Source of the DNA: Moniliella sp. 'wahieum'
Taxonomy: Eukaryota
NCBI GenBank assembly: GCA_003971905.1
Contig: RSEE01000010.1
Coordinates: forward strand, 930,001-994,000
Length of the DNA stretch: 64,000 bases
Reading direction: 5' to 3'
The notes under the pieces were generated by a model. It saw only the letters and a list, made by a program, of their open reading frames with translations, was not told the origin of the DNA and did not search any database. This document shows positions 23,471-36,200 of the stretch, in pieces. Both the position numbers and the translations under genes were made by a program. Position 1 is the stretch's first letter. Each line of letters opens with the position of its first letter.

Positions 23471-25546
23471 ATGCCCGACTCTCCTGACGCTGCGCTCCCG
23501 ACCGTCGTCCCCGTTCCTCGCACTCGCACTCGCACTCGCACTCGCACTCGCACTCCCGCCCCCACTCGACCGTCGAGACCGACATCGTTCCCGGCGAGAC
23601 GAGGAGCGCGACCGCGATCGTCGCGACGAGCGGCGGCACGAAGAGCGCGACCGCCGGGACACCCGGTCGCGTCACCGACACGATTCGCCTCCCGCTCGTC
23701 ACCGTCATGACCGAGAACGTTCGCCCCGTCGTCGGGAGACGAGCGAGGAGAGGAGAGACCGTAAGCGTGCCGAGCGCCGGCGCGAGAAACGGAACGTGCA
23801 CTTGAAGAGGAGGAAGCCGAGGCACGGCGAAAGCAGGCCGAGGTGCTGCTGTATGCCGGGGAAGAGGAGCAGCGCCCACCACAGCGATGGGCAAAGAAGG
23901 AGGAGAAGGAACGACGCATGGGTCTCACTCCCGAGGAAGCCAGGAGGCGGACGAGGTGCGGAGGAAAGAGGCCGAGGAAGAGATTGCGCTCCTCTCCGCC
24001 CGCCGAGTCCAACGAGAGAAGGAGGCCCAGCTCCGGCGGGAGGAAGAGGAGCGGCTGACTCGCTTGAACCAGGATCAGGGGGCGATAGAGTGGGTGGAGA
24101 AGGAAGATGAGTTTTCTCTGACGCAGGCCAAGAAGCGAGCTGCGATCCGGATCCGAGAGAATCGCGCGAAACCAATCGATGTGATGGCGATGAATTTGCG
24201 CTGGGCCGAGCCTGGCCGGGGCGCCAGGCGGTCGGCGAAATCGGTCGAGATGGCGCTGGCAGAACGCAATGGCATGGCCCTCCCAAGAGGAGATGGGCGA
24301 GGGCGACGAGGACGACGAGGCTGGACTGGAAGTGGATCTGAAGGAGCCCGACTCGGTCTTTCAAATGCTCGATGAGGGGGAGGTGGAGGAGCTCAAGGCG
24401 GACATTGCCATGTACCTCTCTCTGGAAACCGATGGACGGAATCGGGCCTTTTGGCAGGCTCTTCAGCTCTTGTGCGACGACACACTTGCCTCTTTGCGCG
24501 ACGACAAGCCAGAGGTGCAAGCCAAAATGGAGAGCATGCTCGAGGTCAAGACGGCGGACGAACTGGAGACGCTCAAGCGCTCTGTCGAGGCCAAACTCAG
24601 TTCGGGCGAACCGATCGATATGGAATACTGGCTGTTGTTGGTGCGCAAGATTGATGTTTCTAGCACGGCACCAGCTGAGGGAAATCCACAAACTTGTCCT
24701 TGCCAACCGGATCGAGTTCTTGCGGAGGAAACAACGTGAAGCGCGCTCCTTCACCAGCGGTCCCTCCCTCCCTCTTCGGTTCCCACCGAATCCAACTTTA
24801 CGCTGGATCTCGAGCCCCGACCATCCCAGAAACCGACTACTCCACCCTTCCCTTTGTCGAGCAGTTCCCCATCGTGGACCAGGCGCAAGACCGGAACCTT
24901 CTCTTATGGCTCGGAAGGCCGTGCTGGCCCAAACCTTTGTACCCATGGCGCAGGGAGAAGGCGCGGCGCCTTCCCATTCCAAGCCGGCTCTTCGGACTGG
25001 GACGCAAGAAGAAGCGCGTGGGGGTGACGAGGACTTTGACGGCGACGAGGACCTGGCGCGGTACCAAGCCGATGCGGCGCGGGCGATGGACCAGGATTCG
25101 GACGACGAAGTGGAGGCGTTTGGCCAGGAAGCGTTCAATGTGCCGACGGCAGTCAAAGGGACGTATGCGTGGGAGAACAAGTACCGACCGCGCAAGCCTC
25201 GGTTTATGAACCGCGTCGCTACGGGCTTTGAGTGGAACAAGTACAACCAGACCCACTACGATACCGACAACCCCCACCCAAGGTGGTCCAAGGCTACAAG
25301 TTCAACATTTTTATCCTGACCTCATTGATCCGCTCAAGGCCCCACGTATGAGCTGCGCCGCATCCCCCGGGCGACGAGGAAACGGTGCTGCTGGTGTTCC
25401 GTGCGGGGCCCCCGTACGAGGACATTGCGTTCCGCATCGTAAACAAGCCGTGGGAGATGGGGCGGCGCAAGGGATTCCGCAACTCGTTCGAGCGCGGGGT
25501 GCTGCAGCTCTTCTTTAACTTTACCAAACTGCGGTATCGGAAGTAA
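23471..25546 (+). CDS. Cactin (spliceosome-associated)
   Basis: RS/RD-rich N-terminus. Cactin_mid QAKKRAAIRIRENRAKPID. CactinC YRPRKPRFMNRVATGFEWNKYNQTHYDTDNP, GYKFNIFYPDLID, FRAGPPYEDIAFRIVNKPWE, ending RYRK-stop. Confidence 0.95.
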
Positions 25547-25633
25547 AAGCGTTCCAAGGGTACCATGTATGCATGATGGGGGAGTCCAGCCCAAGGAATT
25601 ATTGCCCTGCGTCAAAGATGCTTGCTCCGCCAC

Positions 25634-26123
25634 TCATGTCCCGATAGGCCGCGAGCGTTTGGCCGCCTTGTTGTAGATTGATGACCTGGACACAGACGGG
25701 TTGCGTGGGTTAGCTTCCAGCAAGCAAGGGCCAGCACCAGCACCTACAATCTCCATCACGCTCCGCGGCACGCTCCGCAACACATCTACCACTGTCCCGT
25801 CCTGCAGCTGGACAATGGCCACTGCCTTGTCCTCCTTGCTCTGCGCGTCCACCACAACCACCGCCTTGTCGCCAAACACCACGTCCGAGCTGGCGTCTGA
25901 GCTGGCATCCGACGGCTTGGCCTCGGCCAGCGCGGCGACAAACGTGCCAGTCGGCGCCCTTGGACACCGGTGGCGGGACGAGGGCGACGGGCAGCACAGC
26001 GTCCACAGGTCGTCCGAGCCCTCGCCCACCTCGGCGACGTAGGAGGAGGAGCGGATCTGGCGCAGCACCTCGGCCACGGCGCTGGCGGCGGGGGTCGCTG
26101 CTGACGAGGGCGGTGGTGGCCAT
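25634..26123 (-). CDS. Small hypothetical protein, weakly reminiscent of ABITRAM/FAM206A (hybrid-motif fold)
   Basis: 147-aa ORF plus an upstream ATG in another frame. Segments APTGTFVAALA, AIVQLQDGTVV and LLEAN loosely recall the family. The family call is weak. Confidence 0.35.
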
Positions 26124-26247
26124 GGCGGGGGGGTGGTAGTGGTGGTGGAAGCGGTGGGCGGGGCGGTGGCTGGCAGGGCTTCTTACGTCATGCAGTTCGT
26201 CCGTGCGCGCTATAAGAAGACGAAAAAGCGCCGCCCGCCCGCCGGCG

Positions 26248-27349
26248 ATGCACACCCACCACTCGCACTCGGGCTCGTACTGCCTCCACGCGCACGACAC
26301 GCTCGATGCCGTCGTAGCGCGCTACCGCCGCCTCGGCTTCCGCACCCTCGGCCTCAGCGAGCACTGCGCCCGCACGACGCGCGCAGCCTCTACCCCGAGG
26401 AGGTCGCTGCCGGCGCGTCGCCCGCCGGCCTGCACACCTTTGCCCAGTACGTGGCGCATGCACGCCGCATCCAGGCTGCCGAGCCGCACCTCGCCGTCCT
26501 GGTCGGGTGCGAGACGGAGCACCTGGGCTCGAATCGCTCGCTTTCCTCCATGCCCAGCTCGAGGCGCTGCCTTGCGCCTCGGGCGCGGCCGCCACTGCGC
26601 CCGCTGGCGTGCCGCCCGGCGCACTGGCCGGCACAGGCGCCATCGACTACCTCGTCGGCTCGGTGCACCACGTCCACACGATCCCCATCGACTTTGACCT
26701 GCCCAGCTACGAGCGCGCCGAGGCGAGCTGCGGGTCGTATGCGGCGCTGGTGTGTGCCTACCTCGAGGCGCAGTACGAGCTGTTGACCCGCCTGCGCCCC
26801 GAGGTCGTTGGTCACCTCGACCTCTTCCGTCTGTACCACCCTTCGGCGCCTATCCCGCCCGAGGCATGGGCCTTGCTGCAGCGCAACGTGCGCTACGCCG
26901 CCGCTTACGGCGCACTGTTTGAGATCAACGCCGCGTCGATCCGCAAGGGCTGGCCGACGCCCTACCCCGGCGAGGAGGTGCTGCGCTTGATCCTGGCCGA
27001 GGGCGGACGGGTGTTTGTCGGACGACAGCCACGGAACGGACCAGGTGGCACTCAACTATGCGCTTGCCCGCGACTACCTCACCAAGCACAACGTGCTTCT
27101 CTGGCACCTCACTCGCGCCCCCGCCCTCCTCTTTCTTCCTCTTCCTTTCCGCTTTTCTGCGCAAGCGGCGCAGGCGGACCAGTCCCAGGAGCAAGTCCAC
27201 GCCTGTCCGACCATTCCGAGGAGCGAGTCCAAGCTCGTCTGCAGCAGGGCGGACCGGCGCCCACGCACTTCCCGCGCGGACTGGTCGCCGTGCCCGTTCC
27301 CGATTGGGAGAAGGATGCGTTTTGGAACCAGACGCTGCCCTCGACCTAA
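26248..27349 (+). CDS. HIS2: Histidinol-phosphatase, PHP family
   Basis: MHTHHSHSGSYCLHA, GLSEH, LVGCETE, DYLVGSVHHV..IPIDFD, PEVVGHLDLFRL, FEINAASIRKGW..PYP, SDDSHG. Confidence 0.93.
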
Positions 27350-27809
27350 TCCTATCTACTATTGCTTCCTATTCCCATGTAGAACCCCGCGCACCAATCC
27401 CACTCCTACCACAACCAGACAGATAGATGGAATCGTGAATTGTCGCCCGTCCATGGGGCTTGATGCGAGGCTCGGCTCGGTTCGGCTCGGCTCGACTGGC
27501 TAGGCTAGCGGCCTCGCGCCCGGGACGGGGGCAAGTGGTTCCCCCAAGCCGACTGGGGAGTCGGCTTTCGCCAGAGGCGCATCATGAGGATGATGGCACG
27601 TGCTCTGGGGCGATACGAAAAAAAGAAACAGGTCTGCTCCCCTTACAGGAACAACACCACGTTGAAACAAACGGGACACGCTCGGTGGCGCTCCTAGGTG
27701 CCGGATCGGTACACTCGATACCTTGACACTTGAACTTGACGCTTGACGTCCTGAGAGCGCAGTGCTGCGAGTAGCGAGTAGCGAGTAGCGAGCGATTGGC
27801 GCTTAGCGC

Positions 27810-30800
27810 TCAGCCCTTGCGCAGCATCGCCACCACCTCTCTCGGCGTCGCGGCCGCCACACCATACGCACGCGCCTTGAGTCGTAGGTTGGTATCCAGC
27901 GTGACCACAGCACCGGCAACTCGTCCCCCGTCGGCGCGGGGCCGGGGGAAGACGCATGCCACACGGCCGTGCGCAGGATCACATCGTCCAGGCTGCGCGC
28001 AGGGATGGGGCCGTCAAATTCAATCTTCTCAGAGCGGACATTCAGGTCGGGGTCCACAAGGTAGTTGCCGCGACTGGTCTGCACCCGTGCTTTCTTGCCG
28101 TGCAGCGCTTTGGAAAGCTGGGCCAGGGCCGAGCGCGCCGAGCGGGCGACCGAGGCAGAGGGGCTGTTGCGCAACCCATCCAGCTCGGTGACCACTACCA
28201 GCGGAACCACCACGTCCCAGCCCGATGCGACCGCCAAGACCCCCGTCGTTGGCAAAGCCGTCGATGCCTTGCGCGACGAGCAACACGTTCGTGTCCAGCA
28301 CCAAGGTCGTCTTGCCCTTCTTCGCTCCCTGGATCTTGACCACCACCTCCTTCTTGCCCTTCTTTTCTTCCCGAGGCAAGCACCTTGCGCAGCGTCCGTT
28401 CCCGTACCTGTGTACAGCCGTTAGTTCTCATCTCTCCCGCATCGGCGGCATCGAAATATAAATACGAACCTTGAGCGCCCGCACATCCTCGGGCAAATCA
28501 GCATCCTTCATCGATACCTCCGAGCTGTACCCTTCCTCCTCGTCCAAGTCAACGTCAAAGTCAAAAGTAGACAGAATGTGACTTTGCTCCTCCTCCATCT
28601 TCCAACGCTCCATCTGGCCCGTCAACGGCGGCACCAGCTCCAACTTGCCCCCGAACTGTCCAAGCCGGGGACCAAGCGGGTCAGGGCCACCAGCAAATGA
28701 CCCACCCGGCCCCAACGCAACTTGGTCAAAGGATCCCCATTCCCCACCTCTTTCTTCCGGCTCTTCCGTATCGGCCGCCCGATCATAATCCAGGGCTTCC
28801 AGTTCCGTGCCGAACCGCAGCCGCACGGGCCAAGGCCGCTTGTTGCGCGCCTTGAGCGGGCGGGGGGTGTAATACCAAAACCCGCGCTCGTACCACGCCG
28901 CCTACCCAGCCCATGCTCGCACAGCCCATCTTCCGGCAGCGGCGGCACCGACCCGATCTTCCCCCGGCCGTTTGAACGAACGGGTGCGGCCTTGCTCGGT
29001 CGGATCGGGCAGGCCGTCGGGGATGGCGAGGGAAAGCGCGAGGAGCGCATGGTAGGGCACGCCAGGGGACAAAAGCGTATACACCCCGCCCATCCTGGCA
29101 GCGGTATGCAGAAGTGTAATCATGCCCGTGACATAGGCGGTGGGCATGACACTGGACAAGGGATCGTCCACGATCCGCTCAATGATCACCTTGAGCATCG
29201 CAAACGAGAGCTTGCGCGCAAGCAGGAAGGCAGCTGGCAAATCCTCCTCCTCTACCGGAGGTTCTTCTCTCCCTTCGTCCCATGCTTGCGTCAGCACCGC
29301 CTCCTCCGCCCCATACTGGAACAAGGAGGCAATGTTGGTGCTGAGCATCCGCATGAACATGGCCTGCGTCAAGTTGGCACTCTGCACCCCGAATCCTCCT
29401 CCCCGCGCTCGAGCGGCGTGGAAGCAAGCAGGAGGAGAAAGCGATCCAAAACAGCAGGAAAGTCATCGAGATCTACTCGGGCAAGCAGAGCGCCATGAAG
29501 CCAGACAAATAAGTCCGTCAAGCTGCCCCGGCGTAAGCGCGCCAGCTGGCTCGCCCCATCAAACATGGACAGTGCTGTTTCCCGTGCGGCGGGGTAGGGA
29601 TGAGCTGCCGTCATTGCTTTTGAAAAATGATGGAGCGCGCGCAGGTCGTCTCCACGAGCAAGAATGCCGAGGTGGTGGTGCAGCCGCCCCGTACCAGGAA
29701 CGTCCGACAAGGCCTTAGCATACCATTCCGCTGCTGTAACCTTCCAGACATCGCGCTCTTCCAACGTCCAATCCCCGACGCGCGCTCGCTCCCGATCGAG
29801 GCTCCGTCATTTCCATCTTCTTGGGGCTGATCTGGGTCGGCGGGTGAGCCCGAGCGCGCAAAGGGCCCACGGATGCGCGGCGGCTTGTTCCGAATTGCGT
29901 TTCCGGATGGACCCGCCGACCCATGGCCCGCACGAAGCTCTAGACCGGCGACAGCCATTCTGTACCGGGCAAGGTCCCCCAGCGATTCCATCCACGCGGT
30001 CCGCATGGAGGACAGCGCCTCGTTCTCGAGCAAGTTGGCGTACAGTGCATAGGCAAAGTAGATACTCGGTCAAGTGGTCCAAGAGCGCGCGCTGCAACGC
30101 TTCTCCATCCCCGAGGTGAGACCTTGGTTGGAAGGCAGCGTGTGGCGCAGCCGCTCGAGCATGATATGGAATCCCACCTGCCACAGCCGAACTGGCGTGT
30201 TGTATTCAGACGGAAGGGAACGCCAGCTGGGCAGGGCCCCTGGACCCAAACACAGCTCAAGGAATTTGACATGTAGCAAGGCCAGACGCTTGTGCTTCTC
30301 AATCAGCGAGATCCAAGGGGCATGGTCGACCTCGCGAGCGGCACTGGCGCTCGCAACAGTGGTGGCGCTGTTGCCGTTGCTGTTGCTGTTGCTAATGTTG
30401 GAGGTGGTGGTGCGGGCGGGATGGCGACGCATGTCCTGGGACGAATGGGCGTGGGCAGCAGCGGCATGCTCTTCCTGCAGTTTCGGCTTCGAGCCGGCTC
30501 AGGTCATGGTACGTCCGCTTAATGTCGGCCACATGCTGTTACCCGCTCGCTCTCGGCCGAAGTGGCACTGGTGCCCTTGCGGCGGCGGCGCTCGCGGCTG
30601 GTGCGGCTCAAGTCGGAGCGGGTGACACTCGATGCGACGCTGCCCGGCGCAGCGCGGCGCTTCTCGGCGCCGGCGGGAGAGGCAGCGACGCAGCAGACGC
30701 GGAGGCGGCCGCGCGCTGGGTCTGCGCGCAAAACGCACTGGGTCGTGGCGACTGGGATCAAACAGAGTGCCGGTCCGGTCGGACCGCGCGGGCCGCACCG

Positions 30801-30939
30801 GCGAAGCGGCAGCCTCGGCCTGCGACGACTTGGGCCGCGGCGGATCCTTGTCGCGGTGCCGGTCAAACTCGGGGTCGTAGGCGCCCTGCTTGCGTGCACG
30901 CGGTTTGGGCGCACGTGTGCTGGTGGACACCTGCGCCAT
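27810..30939 (-). CDS. SMG6/EST1A-like protein (EST1 TPR-like domain plus C-terminal PIN nuclease)
   Basis: EYNTPVRLWQVGFH..LERLR, WMESLGDLARYRMAV, WYAKAL...PGTGRLHHHLGIL, PYPAARE. PIN motifs VLDTNVLL, VVPLVVVTELDGL, VQTSRGNYL, DDVIL, DTNLRLKARAYG. Intron 28408-28469. Confidence 0.88.
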
Positions 30940-31188
30940 CGCCGCGAAGTAGGGGTGGTGGTGGCGGCAGCGGTGGCGATGGCGATGGCGATGGCGAGGC
31001 GGTGGTGATGGCGATGGCGGGCAAAGTGTTGCTCCGACTGAGCACCCACTGCGCTGCGCTGCTTAAGCGCGCATTCCGCTGTTTCCGCCCGGCGTCATTT
31101 AACGGATGCGCTATGGCACTGCACACTCCTACAGCAAGCGTTACTGTGTCAAGGCACGAACCACGCGGGCAGCATGCCTTGCGACCCA

Positions 31189-32847
31189 CTACCCCGCCTC
31201 CTCCTGCTTCGCCTCGGGCTTCATCGCCGGGAAGGCGAGCACCTCGGCAATGCGCTGCGCATCCGCCAGCAGCATCACCAGCCGGTCCACCCCCATCCCC
31301 CACCCCGCCGTGGGCGGCAGCCCGTGCTCCAGCGCCTCCACAAACGCCTCGTCAATCCTCTGCGCCTCCCCGTCCCCCTGCGCCGCCTGCCGCGCTTGTT
31401 CTTCAAACCGCAACCGCTGCTCTGCGGGTCGTTCAGCTCCGTGTACGCGTTGGCCAGCTCTTGCCGGCCACAAACAGCTCAAATCGCTCCGACAAGCCCG
31501 CGTCGTCCGGTCCCCCTTGGCCAGCGGGCTCATCACCTCCGGGTGTCCCACCAGGAACGTGGGGTTGATGCACTCGGGCTCAATATACGTCCCAACCAGC
31601 TTGTCAATCAGGCGCGCCGACGTCCGGGGGAGCACACACGACTCCGTGCTTTCTCGCCAGCGCCTCGAGCCATGCTCTCGAGTCCTCTGTGTGCAGCTCC
31701 GAGGGAGGTGGGAATGTGACCCCCAGCTTCTGCTCCAGCGTCGGGATCAGCTCCACTCGCCTCCACGGAGGAGAAAAATCGATGGTGTAGGTCTCGCCCT
31801 CCTTGGGGTGGTACACCACCTCCAAACTGCCCTTGATATCTTGGACAAGCGAGACAACCATCTCCTCGGTCAGGCTAAGCAGATCCCACATGTCCGCGTA
31901 CGCCATGTAAAACTCCAAGCTGGTAAATTCAGGGTTGTGAGTCGGATCGATCGACTCGTTGCGAAAGACTTTGCCCAGCTCGTAGACGCGATCAAGCCCC
32001 CCGACAACAAGCTGCTTAAGATAGAGCTCAGGTGCAACGCGGAGGAACAGGTCAAGCCCCAAATCATTATGGTGGGTCTGGAATGGTCGCGCTTGCGCTC
32101 CTCCAGGAATGAGGTTCATCATGGGCGTTTCGACCTCGAGGAACCGACGCGCATCGAGAAAGTGACGGAGGAAGCGGATGACCCGAGCACGGAGCAGGAA
32201 CGTCTCCCTCACAGTTGGGTTGACCATCAAGTCCAAATATCGTTTCCGATACCTCTTCTCTGGGTTGGTCAGCCCCCCTTTCTCCACCCCCTCGGCAGTC
32301 ACATAGCTCTTGGCGGCAAGCGGTGCAGGCTGGGAGCGAGTAGGGTCATGCTCAAGGGGAAAAGCGTAAGTTCGCCCCTCTTTGTTCGTCCGGGCGTACC
32401 ACGGAACCCAACCACGTCCCCGCCCCTCACGATGGAGTGGAGTCCCAGCCCTCGTCCTGCTCCTTGGCCGACGCCATGACCTGCACCTTGGCGCCCTCGC
32501 CATGGAGGTCGTAGAAATGGAGCTTCGTGCCCTGCGTACGCTTTGTCATCACGCGCCCAGCAAGTGACACCGTCCTCCGCTCGTTCCCCAGGGGCGAGCG
32601 AGGCATACCGTTCGACAAACGCAGGAATGCTCATCTCGACATGAACTTGTGGGGGTAGGCCGACGGCAGCGAGGCAATCGTTCGTCTGCGCAATTCGTAG
32701 TCCTGCTGGGCTCAGCGCCGGCGCGGCGGGACAGCATGGAGGCTGGAGGTGGTGTGGAGCACTCTCCGAGGACATGGACACACTCCCGTCCACCGTGGGA
32801 CTGCGTCCCGCTGTCGGGAGAGCCCGAGGGCCGACCAAACGCAGCAT
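31189..32847 (-). CDS. Lysyl-tRNA synthetase (class II), probably mitochondrial
   Basis: [115 protein letters not shown]. The N-terminus [10 protein letters not shown] resembles a presequence (inference). Confidence 0.93.
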
Positions 32848-33048
32848 GGTGGTCACTCGACTATTGGCCTGCCAGCAACCCCGCCAGAAGACGCTTCTGC
32901 CGCAAGCGCGGGGGTTTACATTTCACATTTCTCACGTCAGCGTGACATCGCAGTCCAGACTATACATATTCCCAGCGGCTGTGGACCACCCAACACACTC
33001 CCAAATGCTCCCCCGCGACGTCTTCTGGGTACGATGCCCACCATTCCA

Positions 33049-33843
33049 TCATCTGCTCGTCCCCGCTCCGTAATCACGCGTCCCGAAGGAATAGTAGGAC
33101 CATCCGTGGTGGTCCCTCGAAGCCGAATGGGCCCGGATGGCTGCCGCCGGTCTCGGCGGGGTGTTGGGACTTGGAGCACCGCTGGTGCGCTCCGCCACAC
33201 ACCTCGACCGCTCCTCGGATACCCGTGATCCATAATGCGAAGGAGGCGAAGGAGCCAATAGGTCTTCAAGTTTCGGCATGCTGCGTCCTTGGCGCTGAGG
33301 GGGCTGCGTCCCCTCTCGCCTCGCAGTGTATTCTTGGGAGAAGTACTTCTTGCCGAGGCGTTTCCACCCCCCTGGTAGCCCTTTCACGACGAAGGTAAGG
33401 CAAACGCGGAGAGGGTAATGAAGAAGAACGGTACAGGTCCTCTTGCCCGATTGGCCATCAATGTGGAGAAACTGTCCCCGAGCAGACACGCCAGTATGGC
33501 GAGAAGTCGGCTATGTCCCACCGAGCGGGGAGCTAGCGCTGCTCTTGTCGCTCCGTTATCCTTGGCGAAGGGGGGTTGGATTCGTGAGAACATCGTGCCG
33601 CCCACGATAGGGATCGTGGTACCGCTCTGTGTGCGTCCAAGGGATCGGGATCTGGCCTCGTAAGGCCCGCCTCCAAACTTCACTGCGGTTTTGAAGCCGA
33701 AGCTAGGTCCTCGTCTCCAGGTGGGGCTGGACGTAGTGGAAGGCTGTGCAGGTTGATGATGTGTGGGGGGGAGCGTTCGAGCCTTCGGATTCCTCCCAAC
33801 GAGAATAGCGACTCTCATGTGTGCGAACAGGGCCAACCATCAT
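33049..33843 (-). CDS. Hypothetical protein (fragmented)
   Basis: Successive minus-strand ORFs of 146-150 aa, with an ATG at 33843 in CACCATGG context. No family recognised. Confidence 0.25.
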
Positions 33844-35619
33844 GGTGTGGGGAAATTGGGGTGGCAGCTAGGAGGATGATGCCGACGATGGGAGGAGGTT
33901 AAATAAAACTCTTCCCGCGAACATCTCATCCACCTTCCATAAGCACACCAGGCATGCTAAGACGCAGGGGCCATCCAACCAGAAAAGCTGCCAAGCTCCG
34001 CATGGGGAGAGAGAGCGCAAAAAATGTCAACATGTGTGAAGATTTGCTTGACCTAGCTGGGTCTCCGTCCTGGACCATGTGAAGTCTCATTCGCCCAGAC
34101 CCACAACGGTGGTGTCCCCATGGTGGCGCGTGTGGGACACGCTCTCTCGCGGACACCTAATATGTACGGGGTCTCTTGTGCTCAACGTATACTAAAACGC
34201 GCATATGCTTTTGGAGTCTGCGGAGTGTGATCTGACTGTCCTAGCATTGGATATTGCCTGTTCATGTCGGTGAAGGATTGTTCTATCGTACGTTGGGCTA
34301 CGTACCACCTGAATTGTTGCTCTGTAGGCCGGCTCACGGCCTAATAGGAGAGCCTAATGGCCATGGTTCAAAGAAGGTAACGGTAACCGGTAAGGAAAAA
34401 GGGCTGACGCGCTGACGGCTGACAGCGTGACGGCGCCACGCCATACGACATGCGATGGGTGATAGCCACAATGCTGCACCTGGCGGACAGAAGGTTGTGT
34501 CAAAATCTTCCGATGCACCGCGTGATTCACGATGTGCTCTGCGTGCTACATGTGCTCTTGCTCCATGCAGCTGTGGAGTGTATGTGGGGGGGCGGCGCAC
34601 TGGGGCACCGGGGGCACCTCTGTGCCTGCCATTTTATTTCGCTCTTCTCTCACGCCGACCATACGATTGCGGTTGCTCGCGTTGCTCGCTTCTCGGGGCG
34701 ACTGCACGGAAGACGTGCCTTGGCGTTCGGTCAAACAGCCCCTTGTACACTCCGCCCTTCTCCGCCCCCAAGTGCAAACTGTCCGCCTCACGCTACCCCA
34801 GAATCCCTGGAGAGACATGTGCTCGAGAGCACTGCATGTTGAACGTGGATAGTACGACGTACTGATGCGGACGCTAACCGGCAATTCGCGGCCACATTCT
34901 GCACCCTGAGGGATCAGCGATCGCGACCGGACCGCCGGGACCACGTGCATGACGCATGGTTCCCTCCGCCGAGTCTAAACCCGCCATCCAGGCAGGCGCT
35001 GGCACCTGCACGGCTATCCCAACTATTATACCAGGTTATACCTCTTGCGCCCCTTAAGCTTAAGCTTAAAGCTTAACACTCACCTCCCTGATCTCAACGT
35101 TCAACCGTTCAACGTCAACCCAACCCCTCATATGTACAACCGTGCCGTTCCTTGCAATTGTATGCCCGTAAGCACAAGTGCGGGGAGGATTATATTTCGT
35201 GGCAGCTTTTGTCGGAGGATACGGTCACGCACACTTCCAAAACATTACCATGGCAACACCGATCAACGGTCAAGCTTCAAGGAGGCCCACCAGTGCCCAT
35301 CCCTTCCGCCCCTCATGTGGGCACCAATTAAACACAAGTCTCCCTTCCTCCATAAAGGAAGACTCGCACAGGAGGGTCACGCCGCCCCAACAAGCGCTGG
35401 CCATCAGTACTCAGTACCATTGATGCTCATGCCCCCGAATTCCACTTTAGCCACGGTCTGTGCTTGAGCAATGTTTCTGGTTCTACTTGGCCTAGGAACT
35501 ACCAAGAGATGAGGGGTGAGAGCTTAGCGTGTATTGGACTGCCGGCGCAACTTCATCGACATCAGAGCGCCCACTAACGGTGTGGCTCCGCGCCGATCCG
35601 AATAACAAATGCGCAGCAT

Positions 35620-35660
35620 TGAAAATGTTCAGAGTATCAATAGGGTTGCATGCTAGGGTT
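35620..35660 (-). promoter_or_regulatory. Ribosomal-protein promoter module (two AACCCTA telobox-like motifs plus CTGAAYATTTYCA)
   Basis: The same three motifs occur in the same order in the RPL15/RPL5 spacer (see findings). Confidence 0.55.
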
Positions 35661-35957
35661 CTTTGCCCGCAATGTATCAGCTGCGGCAAGCGACTTGAGT
35701 AGTGCCCTGGAATTTTCAATTAGGCCAGCCGTCGTCTTGGTGCACCGCGGCCACGCCTTCTCGCCACCGCCCAGCCCATCGTCGACTCGTCGCCGTCTCT
35801 GTACGTTTTCGTCTGTCTGCTCTTCACGGTGATGTGCATGGTCTCGGGATCCGTGGGACCACGTCCCATGAGTTGGTGAATGGGGCCGTCTGCCTCCATC
35901 GATGGAAACGACGCTGCCAAACGCGGAACTAACCCTGCCTGTCCAGCTACCTCCACC

Positions 35958-36200
35958 ATGGCTCACGCTAACGTCTGGTTCTCTCACCCCCGCAAGCACG
36001 GAAAGGGCAGCCGCCAATGGTACGTTTCCTCCTTGCTCCCAGCCAGCGCCCCTTGAAATGGTAAGACTCAAAAGGCTGACGAGACCCACAGCCGCGTGTG
36101 CTCGAACAACGGCGGTATCATCCGCAAGTACGGGCTGGACATCTGCCGCCAGTGCTTCCGTGAGAAGGCCAGCGCGATTGGCTTTGCCAAGTTCCGCTAA
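35958..36200 (+). CDS. RPS29: 40S ribosomal protein S29 (uS14); exons 35958-36019 and 36092-36200
   Basis: Spliced product [60 protein letters not shown]. Intron GTACGT..GCTGAC..CAG. The frame is intact. Confidence 0.97.

Noticed and set aside
23518..23556. (GCACTC)n and other microsatellites (GAGCAA near 16160, GGCTC near 27470, GCGAGTA near 27770)
   Set aside because: Ordinary low-complexity coding or UTR repeats.
16454..24400. Very long overlapping ORFs on both strands (e.g. 18367-20103, 19109-21022, 21970-23439)
   Set aside because: Stop-poor shadow frames of GC-rich genes and the minisatellite. The translations are Arg/Ala/Gly/Pro-rich with no motifs.
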